Shown here: piece by piece, positions 1 to 9,230 of the stretch | How the letters are laid out: the number at the start of each line of letters is the position of its first letter | How positions within the stretch are numbered: the stretch's first letter is position 1 | Notes under the pieces: generated by a model | Told to the model about the DNA's origin: nothing | Database searches by the model: none | Seen by the model: the letters and a program-made list of their open reading frames with translations, nothing else | Program-made: the position numbers and the translations under genes | Origin: an uncultured Acidobacteriota bacterium | GTDB taxonomy: Bacteria; Acidobacteriota; Vicinamibacteria; Fen-336 | Direction of reading: 5' to 3' | Length of the DNA: 64,000 bases | NCBI GenBank assembly: GCA_963703985.1 | Contig: CAVPGH010000001.1 | Coordinates: 1,122,746-1,186,745 of the forward strand

Positions 1-1073
1 GGCGAGCCGGCGCGCGGTCTCGAACTCCTTCTCTGCCTCGCCCATCCGCGCCTTCATCGCAAGGAGCACCCCGCGCTGCACGTAGAGCTTCCACGAGTCC
101 GGGAGCTGGCCGAGGCCGATGTCCACGATCTCGAGGCCGAGGTCGAAGTTGTCGTGCTCGACGCAGATGGACGCGAGGTCGATGTAGTTCTCGACCGCCT
201 TGGGCTCGAGGCGCGTGGCCTGGCGCAGCGCGTCGTAGGCTTCCTGGATCCGCCCGGCGTTCACGTACGCGCGCGAGGCGAGGTTCCAGAGCTCGGCGGG
301 CGCCTTGCCCTCCGCGATCAGCTCCCGCGACACCTGGATGGCGGCCTCGGCGTCGCCCGCTTCCACGAGCATCAGCGTCTGGTTGTAGCCCGCCGTATAG
401 GGGTCGGGAAAGCGGCGGCGCGCCGCTCCGAAGAGCCGGGCCGCCTCCGCGTACGCCTTCGCCCGCCCGAGCCACACCCCCGCCTCGAACAGGCTCTCCC
501 CCGCGCCCACCGGGATCCTCTCGAAGACGGCGACGGCCGCCTTCGTCCGTCCCGCTTCGAGCAGACAGCGCCCGTAGTGCAGTGTCCAGAGCGGGTCCTG
601 TGCGTACCGGTTGCCGCTCTTCTCGTAGCGGGGGAGGGCCGCCCGCAGCCGCTTCGCGCCGTAGTCGATCTCGCCGAGGTAGAGGTTCGCGATCTCGTCG
701 GCGGGGACGATCTCCAGCACACCCTCGAAGTGGGCGCGAGCGGCGTCCGGGCGCCCGGAGTCGTACTCGTTGATCGCGAGGTTCTTGAGCGCGGGATAGA
801 AGCGGGGATCGATCGCGAGGGCGGCCTTGAAGCGCTCGTTGGCCGCGTCCCTTCTCCCCGCCCCGGTGAGCACGATGCCCATGAGGTTCAGGGCCTTCAG
901 GTCCCGGGGCGAGCTCGTGAGCTGCTGATCGAGGTAGCGGATGGCCTCCGCGAAGTCGCGGCGGTCCAGGTGGAAGAGCGCGCAGTCGTAGGCGGTCGAC
1001 CCGCAGTCGGCGGCGTGGGCGAGAGGAGCTTGGAGAAGTAGGGCGAGAGCGGGTCCGCGGAGGAAGGAAATGG
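1..1073 (-). CDS. TPR-repeat protein with N-terminal signal peptide (3' end runs off window start)
   Basis: Minus-strand translation from GTG at 1073 gives VSISISFLRGPALALLLQAPLAHAA, followed by repeated TPR-like helix pairs (A..Y..LG...A...ALEIDP motifs). It is absent from the ORF track only because there is no stop inside the window. The + strand ORF 154-1041 is its antisense artefact. Confidence 0.55.
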
Positions 1074-1190
1074 AGATCGACACTACGAACGGATTCTACG
1101 GCCAGGCTCTGAGGGGTTGGAAAGATGGGACGGGCGAACGAAATAGGACCGGAGCGACCCCCGTGGCAGAAGGGGTCGCTCCGGACCTTG

Positions 1191-4100
1191 TCAAAACTGG
1201 AACCGCGCTCCGAACTGCACGATGCGACCCGGCAACGCGCTCGTCGACTTGCCGAAGTTCGGGTTGCTGAGGTCGCCGATCGGGTTGAGGAGGTTCACGG
1301 TGTTGAAGAGGTTGAAGGCCTCGATGCGGAGCTGCAGGTTGCTGCTCCGGCCGAGCGCGGGGATGTTGATGGACTTCACGAGGGCCATGTCCACGTTGAA
1401 GTAGCGCGGCCCGCGGTAGGTGTTCCGTCCTAGAGTGCCGTCCGTGCCCGGCGCCGGCTTGGGGAAGTCCGAGGCCTTGAAGATGCCGGCCAGGTAGTCG
1501 TCGTTGGACCCGCTCTTCGAGTCCCCGAATGCCGGGACATTCGGCCGGTCGAATTGGGTGCCGTCCGCGTTGTAGTCGCAGCCCGCGGTGAAGCTGCTGC
1601 CGCAGAAGACGGTGAAGGGGGTGCCGGTCTGCGCGAGCATGACTCCCGCGAGCTGCCACCCTCCGAGGATCGCCTTGGCCGCGCCCTCGGAGGGGCCGGG
1701 GAGCCTCCAGTTGAGCGAGAGCGCCAGCTTGTGCCGGACGTCGAAGTCGGTCGGACCCCTGTCCTGGTCGTTGGGGCCGTAGGCGTTCGGGCGCTGGGTC
1801 CCCGAGAACGAGCTCGAGTTGTCGGTCCCCTTCCCTAGCGTGTAGGCGGCGCCGAGGTTCAGGTCGGTCTTCTGGACCCGGACCGAGAAGTTGAACCCGT
1901 TGTAGTGGCCGTTGTCGATCCCCTGGGTGTAATTGACGGCGGCGAAGCCGGGCATGATGCGGTTCAGGGTGCCGTCCAGGAGGTCACCGTCGAAACGGTT
2001 GATGTTGAGTTGGTAGTACATCTGGCCGCCTTGCGACCCGACGTAGTTCCCCTCCACCACGACGGATTTCCCGAGCGCCCGCTGCACGCCCACGAACCAG
2101 TTCTGGGCATGCTCCACCGGCATGTCGGAGTCACCCACGACCACGGAGGCGGTGCCGTTGAGGAGGCCGCCGTTCGGCCGGACGCCGGCGGTGAGGCCCG
2201 CCGGGAACGGGAACCCGTAGGGGAGTATGGCCGAGGTGCCCAGGGCGAAGAGCGGCTTCACCGGCTGGAGGACGTTGACGGCGGCGTTGGCGTACCCGGG
2301 GAGGTTCTGGTGCTCGGAGTCCCAGATCTGGTTGGACATTCGGTCGTAGAAGCGCCCGTAACCGCCGCGAACCGACATCGCGCCCTTCTTCGTGGGATCC
2401 CAGGCGAAGCTCACCCGTGGGGCCAGGCTGTTCTGCGGGCCGAACACCCCCCCGTTGAGCCAATACTGCCGCGCCACCATCTGGGCGTAGGCGAGGTCGC
2501 TCTGGAGGTTGCCGGTGTCCACGGGAAACTCGATGTTGGTCACGATGTCGTCCGAGGCGTCCGTGATGTTCATGAACCACTCAAAGCGCAGGCCCGCGCT
2601 CAGCGTGAAGTTGGGCCTCACCTTCCACTCGTCCTGCACGAAGGTGTTCAGGGACTGGGTCCGGTGGAGCCGCTCGATCGAATCGGGCACCTGGCCGGTG
2701 CGGGGATCGAGAGGGATCTGGCTCTCGGAGAACGGGGCGTCGTTGGCGAAGTCGAACACGTTGTTGAAGGTGAACGTCGGCCGGGTGATGGCGCGGGCGG
2801 AGTCGTTGTCCGCGTGCTCCTTGGTGTAGCCGGCGCCGATCTTCATGCTGTGGGCGCCGCGCGTCCAGGTCACCACGTCCGACCAGAGGAAGCTGTTCTG
2901 GACGAAGATGTTGGGTCCCCATCCCACCTGGTACGTGTTGATCCCGGTGACGCTGATCCCCGGGATGTCGGCGTGGGGGTTCTCGAGCTCGCCCCAGGGC
3001 CGGACCCACGAGAACTGGAACTCGTTCACCACGTTGGAGGACCAGACCCTCGTCCAGTTCGTGTTGAGCTGGAGGCTGCTCGTGGGCGAGGCCGCGGTGA
3101 AGGCGGGATAGACCTCGGGGACGCCGAAGCCCACCTTGTCCGTGGTCGTCCGGTTGAAGGACGCGTACACGCGATCCTTGCTGCTGAAGTGGTGGTCGAT
3201 GCGCACCGTCCACTGGAAGCCGTTGCGGGGCGAGGTCTCGTTCCAGATCCCGTTCCCCGTCGCCTGGAAGTCGCAAGGCACCGGGCCGATCGGGGTGTCG
3301 ATCGGGGTCGAGCCGGTGCAGCTCGAGCCGAGGATCTGCCCCGCGGTCCGGAAGTTCCGATCGGGGGTGAAGGAGGCGGGGTAGTCCCGGGCGATGCGGG
3401 TGGCGATGCCGTTCGGCCGCCTCTGCTGCATGAGCTGGATGAACTGCGGGGTGAGGATGGGGACGACACCGCTCACCGCCACGTCGGAGCGCAGCACGTC
3501 GCCGGAGACGAAGAAGAAGGTCTTGTCCTTGATGATGGGGCCGCCCACGCCCCACGAGACCTCCGTGCGCCCGAAGGCGGGGATGTTGAAGTTCGCGGTC
3601 TGCTCCTGGAAGTAGTTCTTCGACTGCAGGCCGTCGTTGGTGTAGAAGCCGGCGAGGCTGCCGTGGAAGGCGTTGGCCCCGCTCTTCGTGACCACGTTCA
3701 CGAGCACCGAGCTGTTGCGGCCGTACTCGGCGTTGAAGTTGTTCACGAGGACCCGGACTTCCTCGACCTGCTCCGCGTTCGGGTTGACGTTCACGACGCC
3801 GCTGCGCTGGCTGGAGCTGACGGTGGCGGAATCGACCATGAAGTTGTTCGACTCCGTGCGCCCCCCGTTGCCGTTCATGTTGACGCCGTACTCGTTGTTG
3901 TAGATGTCCGCGTTCGCCTGGGCGTAGGCCTGGCCCCCGCCGGTGGCGCGACCGGTGACGCCGGGAGTGAGCACGACGAGATTGAAGAAGTTCCGGCCGA
4001 TGAGCGGCAGGTCCTTGACCTGGTTCTCCTGGATGAGGCCGGAGACGCGGGCCTGCGAGGTCTCGACGAGCGGGGAGTCCGCGGTGACCGTCACCTCTTC

Positions 4101-4457
4101 GGAGCCCGCGGCCCCCATCTCGAGCGCGACGTTGATGGCCCGGGTCTGCGTCGACTCGAGGCGGACGTGCTCGCGGTTCCAGGTCTTGAACCCCTGCAGC
4201 GACACCTTCATGGTAAAGAGGCCGCCGGGCAGGGCCGGGAATCGGAAGTAGCCGGCCTTGGTCGTCTGCCCTGTCTGCGTGACCCCGGTGGCTTCGTTGG
4301 TTATGGTCACGGTCGCGGCGGGCACGACCGCGCCGCTCGGATCGGTCACTATGCCCTCGAGTGTGCTCGCAAACTGAGCCCACGCGACGGGAGCCGCGGC
4401 CACGACGAGCGTGGCGAGCAGCACGCCCCGTACAACGATCCCCTTGCCTATCGACAT
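1191..4457 (-). CDS. TonB-dependent-receptor-like outer membrane protein with carboxypeptidase-regulatory-like N-domain
   Basis: Real start is ATG at 4457 (MSIGKGIVVRGVLLATLVVAAAPVAWAQ signal peptide, GGAGG RBS upstream), not the ORF-track start 4607. N-terminal Ig-like CarbopepD_reg segment (GIVTDPSGAVVPAATVTITNEATGVTQTGQTTKAGYFRF), plug-like region, long beta-barrel, and an aromatic C-terminus (GARFQF) typical of OM barrels. Confidence 0.8.
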   Translation of the reverse strand: MSIGKGIVVRGVLLATLVVAAAPVAWAQFASTLEGIVTDPSGAVVPAATVTITNEATGVTQTGQTTKAGYFRFPALPGGLFTMKVSLQGFKTWNREHVRLESTQTRAINVALEMGAAGSEEVTVTADSPLVETSQARVSGLIQENQVKDLPLIGRNFFNLVVLTPGVTGRATGGGQAYAQANADIYNNEYGVNMNGNGGRTESNNFMVDSATVSSSQRSGVVNVNPNAEQVEEVRVLVNNFNAEYGRNSSVLVNVVTKSGANAFHGSLAGFYTNDGLQSKNYFQEQTANFNIPAFGRTEVSWGVGGPIIKDKTFFFVSGDVLRSDVAVSGVVPILTPQFIQLMQQRRPNGIATRIARDYPASFTPDRNFRTAGQILGSSCTGSTPIDTPIGPVPCDFQATGNGIWNETSPRNGFQWTVRIDHHFSSKDRVYASFNRTTTDKVGFGVPEVYPAFTAASPTSSLQLNTNWTRVWSSNVVNEFQFSWVRPWGELENPHADIPGISVTGINTYQVGWGPNIFVQNSFLWSDVVTWTRGAHSMKIGAGYTKEHADNDSARAITRPTFTFNNVFDFANDAPFSESQIPLDPRTGQVPDSIERLHRTQSLNTFVQDEWKVRPNFTLSAGLRFEWFMNITDASDDIVTNIEFPVDTGNLQSDLAYAQMVARQYWLNGGVFGPQNSLAPRVSFAWDPTKKGAMSVRGGYGRFYDRMSNQIWDSEHQNLPGYANAAVNVLQPVKPLFALGTSAILPYGFPFPAGLTAGVRPNGGLLNGTASVVVGDSDMPVEHAQNWFVGVQRALGKSVVVEGNYVGSQGGQMYYQLNINRFDGDLLDGTLNRIMPGFAAVNYTQGIDNGHYNGFNFSVRVQKTDLNLGAAYTLGKGTDNSSSFSGTQRPNAYGPNDQDRGPTDFDVRHKLALSLNWRLPGPSEGAAKAILGGWQLAGVMLAQTGTPFTVFCGSSFTAGCDYNADGTQFDRPNVPAFGDSKSGSNDDYLAGIFKASDFPKPAPGTDGTLGRNTYRGPRYFNVDMALVKSINIPALGRSSNLQLRIEAFNLFNTVNLLNPIGDLSNPNFGKSTSALPGRIVQFGARFQF

Positions 4458-4596
4458 GAGGTCCCTCCGGGTTTTTGTACCAGGATCGAACAAACGAGTC
4501 GCGTGGACACTATCTGTCATATCAAATATATCTGTGTCAAGAGGATTTTTTGTGCAGGGCATGAATTCTAGGCATAAGGCTACGCAGATTGACGTT

Positions 4597-5109
4597 TCAG
4601 CGCCCACAGCGACGCTTCACCTGCTGGGTGATCGCCAGGCTGGACGGAGGGTTTTCGTCGAGCCCGAGGGCATGGAGCATCTCGTGGATCACGTAGATCT
4701 CGGCTAGGTCGCGCTCCTGTTGGACGGTCTGCAGGAACGACTTGCAGACGAAAACTCTGGCCACCCCTCTCGTGGTGAGGAGCTGCGACTGGTTCGCCTG
4801 ACAGAGCGGGCGGCTCCGGCCGTCCAGGAACGGAATGACGGCGAGGAACTGGTCGGGCTCCATCGCGAACGGCCGCAGGTTCTCGAGAGGAGTGCGTCCC
4901 TGGGGGTCCTTGAAGTCGCTGAGCACCTGCCGGCACTCGGCCGACTGCAGACGGCGCATGGCCCCCTCGCGCGCGAACTCGACGACGCGGGCTTCGTAGG
5001 GCGCCAGGGGACGAATGCCCGCCTGGGCCGCAGCCGGCTCGGGGAGGGCGAAGAGGGCGGAGGCGAGCGCGAGGGACGAGGCGATTGGGGAACGGCGGGG
5101 CTGGCGCAT
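4597..5109 (-). CDS. small secreted hypothetical protein with HExxH motif
   Basis: Signal peptide MRQPRRSPIASSLALASALFALPEPAAAQA; HEMLH zinc-binding-like motif (IYVIHEMLHALGLDE); 170 aa; no family recognised. Confidence 0.45.
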   Translation of the reverse strand: MRQPRRSPIASSLALASALFALPEPAAAQAGIRPLAPYEARVVEFAREGAMRRLQSAECRQVLSDFKDPQGRTPLENLRPFAMEPDQFLAVIPFLDGRSRPLCQANQSQLLTTRGVARVFVCKSFLQTVQQERDLAEIYVIHEMLHALGLDENPPSSLAITQQVKRRCGR

Positions 5110-5304
5110 CGGCGGCTCCCTTCCCGGGGGAGCCGCCGGTTCCGGCGCCTCCCCCGTTGCACCAACCAGTGACGGGAGAGAGCCTTACGGAATTGCGAAG
5201 CGAGCCTGAAGAATCCCTGAAGGAGGCCTGAAGCGAGCCTCGCGCGACGTCAGTGGAGGGTCGGGTGGCTAGGAGGGGTGCTGAAAAAGCGAAATTGACT
5301 GTCG

Positions 5305-5727
5305 CTAGGGAGCGGTGGCGAAGCCCTCGCTGCGGGCCGCAGCGAGGAGTCGCTCGTCGAAGGCGACGAACAGGACGGGGAGCCCCAGGTGCTGGCGCAG
5401 CTCGAGGCCGGCCGCGAGCTGGAGCGCATCGGCCGCACGGAGCGGGTGCCGACAGAGGAGGGAGACCGCCTTCGCTACGACGCCGGCCGTGGTCTCGACC
5501 AGGGAGAGGGTCCGAAAGTCTTCGCGCAGCCGGGTGATCGCGCGATCACGCTCGCCCGGCGGGAAGGCCCCCTCGCGGCACCGCCGCGCGAGCGCCGAGG
5601 CGATCTCGGCTTCGGAGAAACGGGCGGTGGAGGGCGTTCCTTCGTCGAGCAGGGTCCGAACGGCCTCGCTCCCCGTCTCCTCGACGTAGCGCTTCACGAG
5701 CGCGCTGGCGTCGAAGTAGCCGATCAG
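5305..5727 (-). CDS. vapC: PIN-domain toxin VapC (type II TA)
   Basis: IGYFDASALVKRYVEETGSE...RAADALQLAAGLEL...VLFVAFDERLLAAARSEGF is a classic VapC/PIN pattern with conserved acidic residues. The ORF track starts at internal GTG 5697. The PIN N-terminus (IGYFDAS) lies upstream, so the start is probably the non-canonical CTG near 5727, overlapping the antitoxin stop by 4 nt. Start is uncertain. Confidence 0.6.
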   Translation of the reverse strand: MIGYFDASALVKRYVEETGSEAVRTLLDEGTPSTARFSEAEIASALARRCREGAFPPGERDRAITRLREDFRTLSLVETTAGVVAKAVSLLCRHPLRAADALQLAAGLELRQHLGLPVLFVAFDERLLAAARSEGFATAP

Positions 5728-6020
5728 AACCGGTCCTCCCGGTCTTCCCGGATGGCGTCGCTCAGGGGGCCTCCCTGGCTCACCGGAATCGCGGCGAAGG
5801 GAGGGAGAGGACCGCTCTTCTCACGCGCGAGGATCCCCAGGGCGGCCAGCTCGTGCATGCGCCTCTCGACGTCCCCTTCTGCGGTGGGAATCGGGCGCAG
5901 CTCCGCCACCGGCTCGCCGCGCTCGGTGACGACCAGGGTCGCCCCTCGGCGGACCTGGCGAAGGTAGGTTCCGAGCCGCGTCTTGAGCTCGCGGGCCCCC
6001 ACCTGCTTCCGACGTGCCAT
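5724..6020 (-). CDS. Phd/YefM-family antitoxin
   Basis: 98 aa; ELKTRLGTYLRQVRRGATLVVTERGEPVAEL matches the Phd/YefM antitoxin fold; lies immediately upstream of and overlapping the PIN toxin. Confidence 0.6.
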   Translation of the reverse strand: MARRKQVGARELKTRLGTYLRQVRRGATLVVTERGEPVAELRPIPTAEGDVERRMHELAALGILAREKSGPLPPFAAIPVSQGGPLSDAIREDREDRF

Positions 6021-6095
6021 GTGGTCATTGTAGTCACAAGCAGGACGATGTCAAGCGACCGCGTTTCCCTGGGCCTCGAGAAGCCCGAGCGGCGG

Positions 6096-7082
6096 CTACC
6101 AGCTCGCGTGGACGAGGGCGCGGACGCGCTCGTCGTAGAGGGAGCGGACGGACGCCATGGTTCCTTCGCTCAGGGGAGGAAGGTCCGCGGCCGCCGCGTT
6201 GTCGCGGGCCTGGGTCTCCGTCTTCGCGCCCGGGATCGCACAGCTCACCGCGTCGAACATGAGGATCCAGCGCAGGGCGAGCTGGGGAAGGGTCGCCCCC
6301 GCCGGCACGAGCGGACGGAGCGCCTCCACCGCCTCCAGCCCGACTTCGTAGGGCACACCGGAAAACGTCTCACCCTTGTCGAAAGCCTGCCCCTCGCGAT
6401 TGAAGCGGCGGTGGTCGTTCTCCGCGAACGTGGAATCACGCCGGAGCTTGCCGGTGAGCAGGCCGCTGGCCAGGGGAACACGGGCGAGGATGCCCACCCG
6501 CCGTGCCTTCGCCTCGGGGAAGAAAGCCTCGGCCGGCTTGAGGCGGAACATGTTGAATATGATCTGGACGGTCTGGACGTGGGGGTGGCGCAGGGCACGC
6601 ATCGCCTCCTCCACCGTCTCCACGCTCACCCCGTAGTAGCGCACCTTGCCTGCGGCCACCAGCTCGTCGAGGATCCCGAAGACCTCGGGGAGCTCGTAGA
6701 CCTTCGGGTGCGGGCAGTGGAGCTGCAGGAGATCCACCGCGTCCATCTCCAGGTTCTTCAGGCTGCGGTCGACCCACGCGCTCAGGTTCTCGCGGGTGTA
6801 GCCCTCCGGCGTCTGCTTCGGCAGCCGCCGGCCGGCCTTGGTGGCCACCCAGATCGTGCTCCCCGGCCGCTCGCGGCGGAGGCGCGCCACCAGCCGCTCG
6901 CTGCGGCCGTCGCCGTAGACGTCGGCGGTGTCGATGAAGTTCACGCCTGCGTCCACCGCCGCGTGCAGGGCGCGCAGCGAGTCGGCGTCTTCCACCGGGC
7001 CCCACGTCCCCCCGATGGCCCAGGCCCCGAAGCTGACGGCCGAGACCTTCATGTCCGTGCGTCCGAGCGGGCGGTATTCCAT
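6096..7082 (-). CDS. aldo/keto reductase
   Basis: MEYRPLGRTDMKVSAVSFGAWAIGG...IDTADVYGDGRSE...LLQLHCPHP: canonical AKR motifs. Confidence 0.85.
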   Translation of the reverse strand: MEYRPLGRTDMKVSAVSFGAWAIGGTWGPVEDADSLRALHAAVDAGVNFIDTADVYGDGRSERLVARLRRERPGSTIWVATKAGRRLPKQTPEGYTRENLSAWVDRSLKNLEMDAVDLLQLHCPHPKVYELPEVFGILDELVAAGKVRYYGVSVETVEEAMRALRHPHVQTVQIIFNMFRLKPAEAFFPEAKARRVGILARVPLASGLLTGKLRRDSTFAENDHRRFNREGQAFDKGETFSGVPYEVGLEAVEALRPLVPAGATLPQLALRWILMFDAVSCAIPGAKTETQARDNAAAADLPPLSEGTMASVRSLYDERVRALVHASW

Positions 7083-7091
7083 GGCGGCTCC

Positions 7092-8114
7092 TTATTGCGC
7101 CTTCGTCGCGTAGGTCTGCCGATGCCCGGTGGAGGGCACCCAGACCGTGTACGACCGCCCCCGGGGATCGACGGACAGCCTGATGAAGTGGCCGGCGCAT
7201 TCCTCCTCCTCGTTGGCAATCCGGTCCGCGCTCGTGTTGCGGTCCGGCGCCAGCAGGCTGCGGTGCATCTGGTAGACCCCGCGGATGCTCCCGGCCGTGC
7301 CGAGGGCCGTCAGCGTTCCCGCCTCCCCGCCCTTGCGGGGGCCGTTGTTCACGATCACCACCGCCGGCTCCAGCGTGCGCAGCAGCACCGGGTTGTTGCT
7401 GTCGTCGAGTCCGTGGTGGTCGATCTGGAACACGTCCATCGGCCCCCCCACGCGGTCCCGGGGGCAGACGAGGTCGGCCTCGGCGGCCCAGGTCAGGTCG
7501 CCTCCGTCGAAGAAGCGGAAGGGCCCGAAGGTGAGGAGCGACACCACGCTGTTCTTGTTGTCGCTCGGGTCCGGGTCCTTCGGGGTCTGCCCTCGACACG
7601 CGGCATTGTCGGCCTTCCGGGGCGCGACGAACTGGGCGTTCGCGCCCAGGATGTCCAGCCTCAGCGGCGCCGTCCCCGGGGCCTCCTTCAACGTCAAGCG
7701 GTCACCCGCCTTCACCAGGGACCGACGTTCCACGGCCACCGTCTTGTACGGCTCGAGCTCCGGCTGGGTGCGCTCCCCCTCGGGGGCGGAGGCGAGATAG
7801 CGCTCGTGGAGCGTCGTCACCGGCATCAGGCGGACGAGATCCGCGAGGCCTCCGAAATGGTCGCGGTGGAAGTGAGTCACGATCACATGGTCGATTCGCG
7901 CGAGGCCCGCCGCCTGCGTGGCCACCCGGTGGATGCGGCGGGCGTCGCGGTCGCCGGGAAAGCCCGTGTCGATCAGCACGGACTCCCGCGCCGGAGTGAC
8001 GATCAGGGTCGCCCCTCCGCCCTCCACGTCGATCCAGTAGATCTCGAGTCCGCGCTCCGCCGAAGCGGCCGTTGCCGCCGCGAGGACCACCGCCCAGGCG
8101 ACGATCGTTCTCAT
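7092..8114 (-). CDS. MBL-fold metallo-hydrolase, secreted
   Basis: True start MRTIVAWAVVLAAATAASA at 8114 (signal peptide); HxHxDH motif (VIVTHFHRDHFGG). The upstream part of the 580-aa track ORF is non-coding. Confidence 0.7.
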   Translation of the reverse strand: MRTIVAWAVVLAAATAASAERGLEIYWIDVEGGGATLIVTPARESVLIDTGFPGDRDARRIHRVATQAAGLARIDHVIVTHFHRDHFGGLADLVRLMPVTTLHERYLASAPEGERTQPELEPYKTVAVERRSLVKAGDRLTLKEAPGTAPLRLDILGANAQFVAPRKADNAACRGQTPKDPDPSDNKNSVVSLLTFGPFRFFDGGDLTWAAEADLVCPRDRVGGPMDVFQIDHHGLDDSNNPVLLRTLEPAVVIVNNGPRKGGEAGTLTALGTAGSIRGVYQMHRSLLAPDRNTSADRIANEEEECAGHFIRLSVDPRGRSYTVWVPSTGHRQTYATKAQ

Positions 8115-8214
8115 CGCTTCCCCTCGCCGCCGGAGTGTTATACGCGACCTTCGGGTCGGGCGCGATCCGGGGGTCGGGCCAGGGTAATATGCCGGCCCGC
8201 GGGAGGACTGCGCA

Positions 8215-9227
8215 TGGCCCTGGCGAAGCGGCCGCTCGGCAAGAGCGGCCTCGAGATCACCACCGTAGGGTTCGGGGCCTGGGCCGCCGGGGGCGGGGGC
8301 TGGGCCTTCGGATGGGGGCCGCAGGACGACGAGGCCTCGGTGTCGGCCATCCACCACGCCGTGGGGATGGGCATCAACTGGATCGATACCGCCGCGGTGT
8401 ACGGCCTGGGCCACTCCGAGGAGGTGGTGGGCCGGGCGGTGCGGGAGCTGCCGTCCTCGGACCGGCCTCTCGTCTTCACGAAATGCGGGTTGCAGTGGGA
8501 CGAGAAGAACCCGATGGTCCAGGCCAAGCGCTCGCTGCGGCCCGATCTCATCCGGCTCGAATGCGAGGCCTCGCTCCGCCGGCTGGGCCTCGAACGCATC
8601 GACCTCTTCCAGTTTCACTGGCCGGACGAGAGCGGGGTCGCGGTCGAGGATTCCTGGGCGGCCATGGTGAAGCTCGTGGAGCAGGGGAAGATCCGGGCCG
8701 CCGGCCTCTCCAACTTCGACACCGCGCTCCTCGAGCGATGCCAGGCCGTACGGCAGGTGGACTCGCTGCAGCCGCCGTTCTCCCTGATCCGCCGCGGGGT
8801 CGCGGCGGCCGAGATCCCCTGGTGCGCGGCCCACGACGCGGGCGTGATCGTCTACAGCCCGATGCAGTCCGGCCTGCTCACCGACACCTTCACCGAAGAC
8901 CGTGTGGCCAGGCTCCCCGCCGACGACTGGCGTCGGAAGGCACCGCAGTTCCAGCCCCCGAACCTCCAGAAGAACCTCGCCCTGCGCGATGCCCTCCGAC
9001 CGATGGCCGCCCGCCGCGGCGTCTCCGTGGGCGCGTTTGCCGTGGCCTGGACGCTCGCCTGGCCAGGTGTCACCGGCGCCATCGTGGGGGCCCGGTCGCC
9101 CGAGCAGGTGGACGGCTGGATCGCGGCCTCCGGCCTCGAGCTCGAGGCGGCCGAGCTGGGCGAGGTCGCGGCCGCGATCGAGCGGACGTCCGCGGGCAGC
9201 GGGTCTTCTCGCCCTCCCCGGCGCTGA
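8215..9227 (+). CDS. aldo/keto reductase
   Basis: MALAKRPLGKSGLEITTVGFGAWAAGG...IDTAAVYGLGHSEEVVG; the real gene is the 3' third of the spurious 1124-aa track ORF 5853-9227. Confidence 0.85.
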
Positions 9228-9230
9228 GGG

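Noticed and set aside
1905-4571. 888-aa + strand ORF (and 2581-4383 minus, 600 aa)
   Set aside because: Antisense or out of frame to the well-supported TonB-receptor gene; low-complexity R/G/D/V composition typical of high-GC shadow ORFs.
5180-5245. Short direct repeat GAAGCGAGCCT x2 in the 5110-5300 intergenic region; CRISPR considered
   Set aside because: Only two copies, no regular spacer-repeat periodicity, no cas genes; not a CRISPR array.
5853-9227. 1124-aa ORF on the + strand
   Set aside because: Its first about 2.3 kb is antisense to the MBL-hydrolase and aldo/keto-reductase genes and is Arg/Gly/Pro/Ala-rich GC-bias noise; only the last third (8215-9227) is a real aldo/keto reductase gene.
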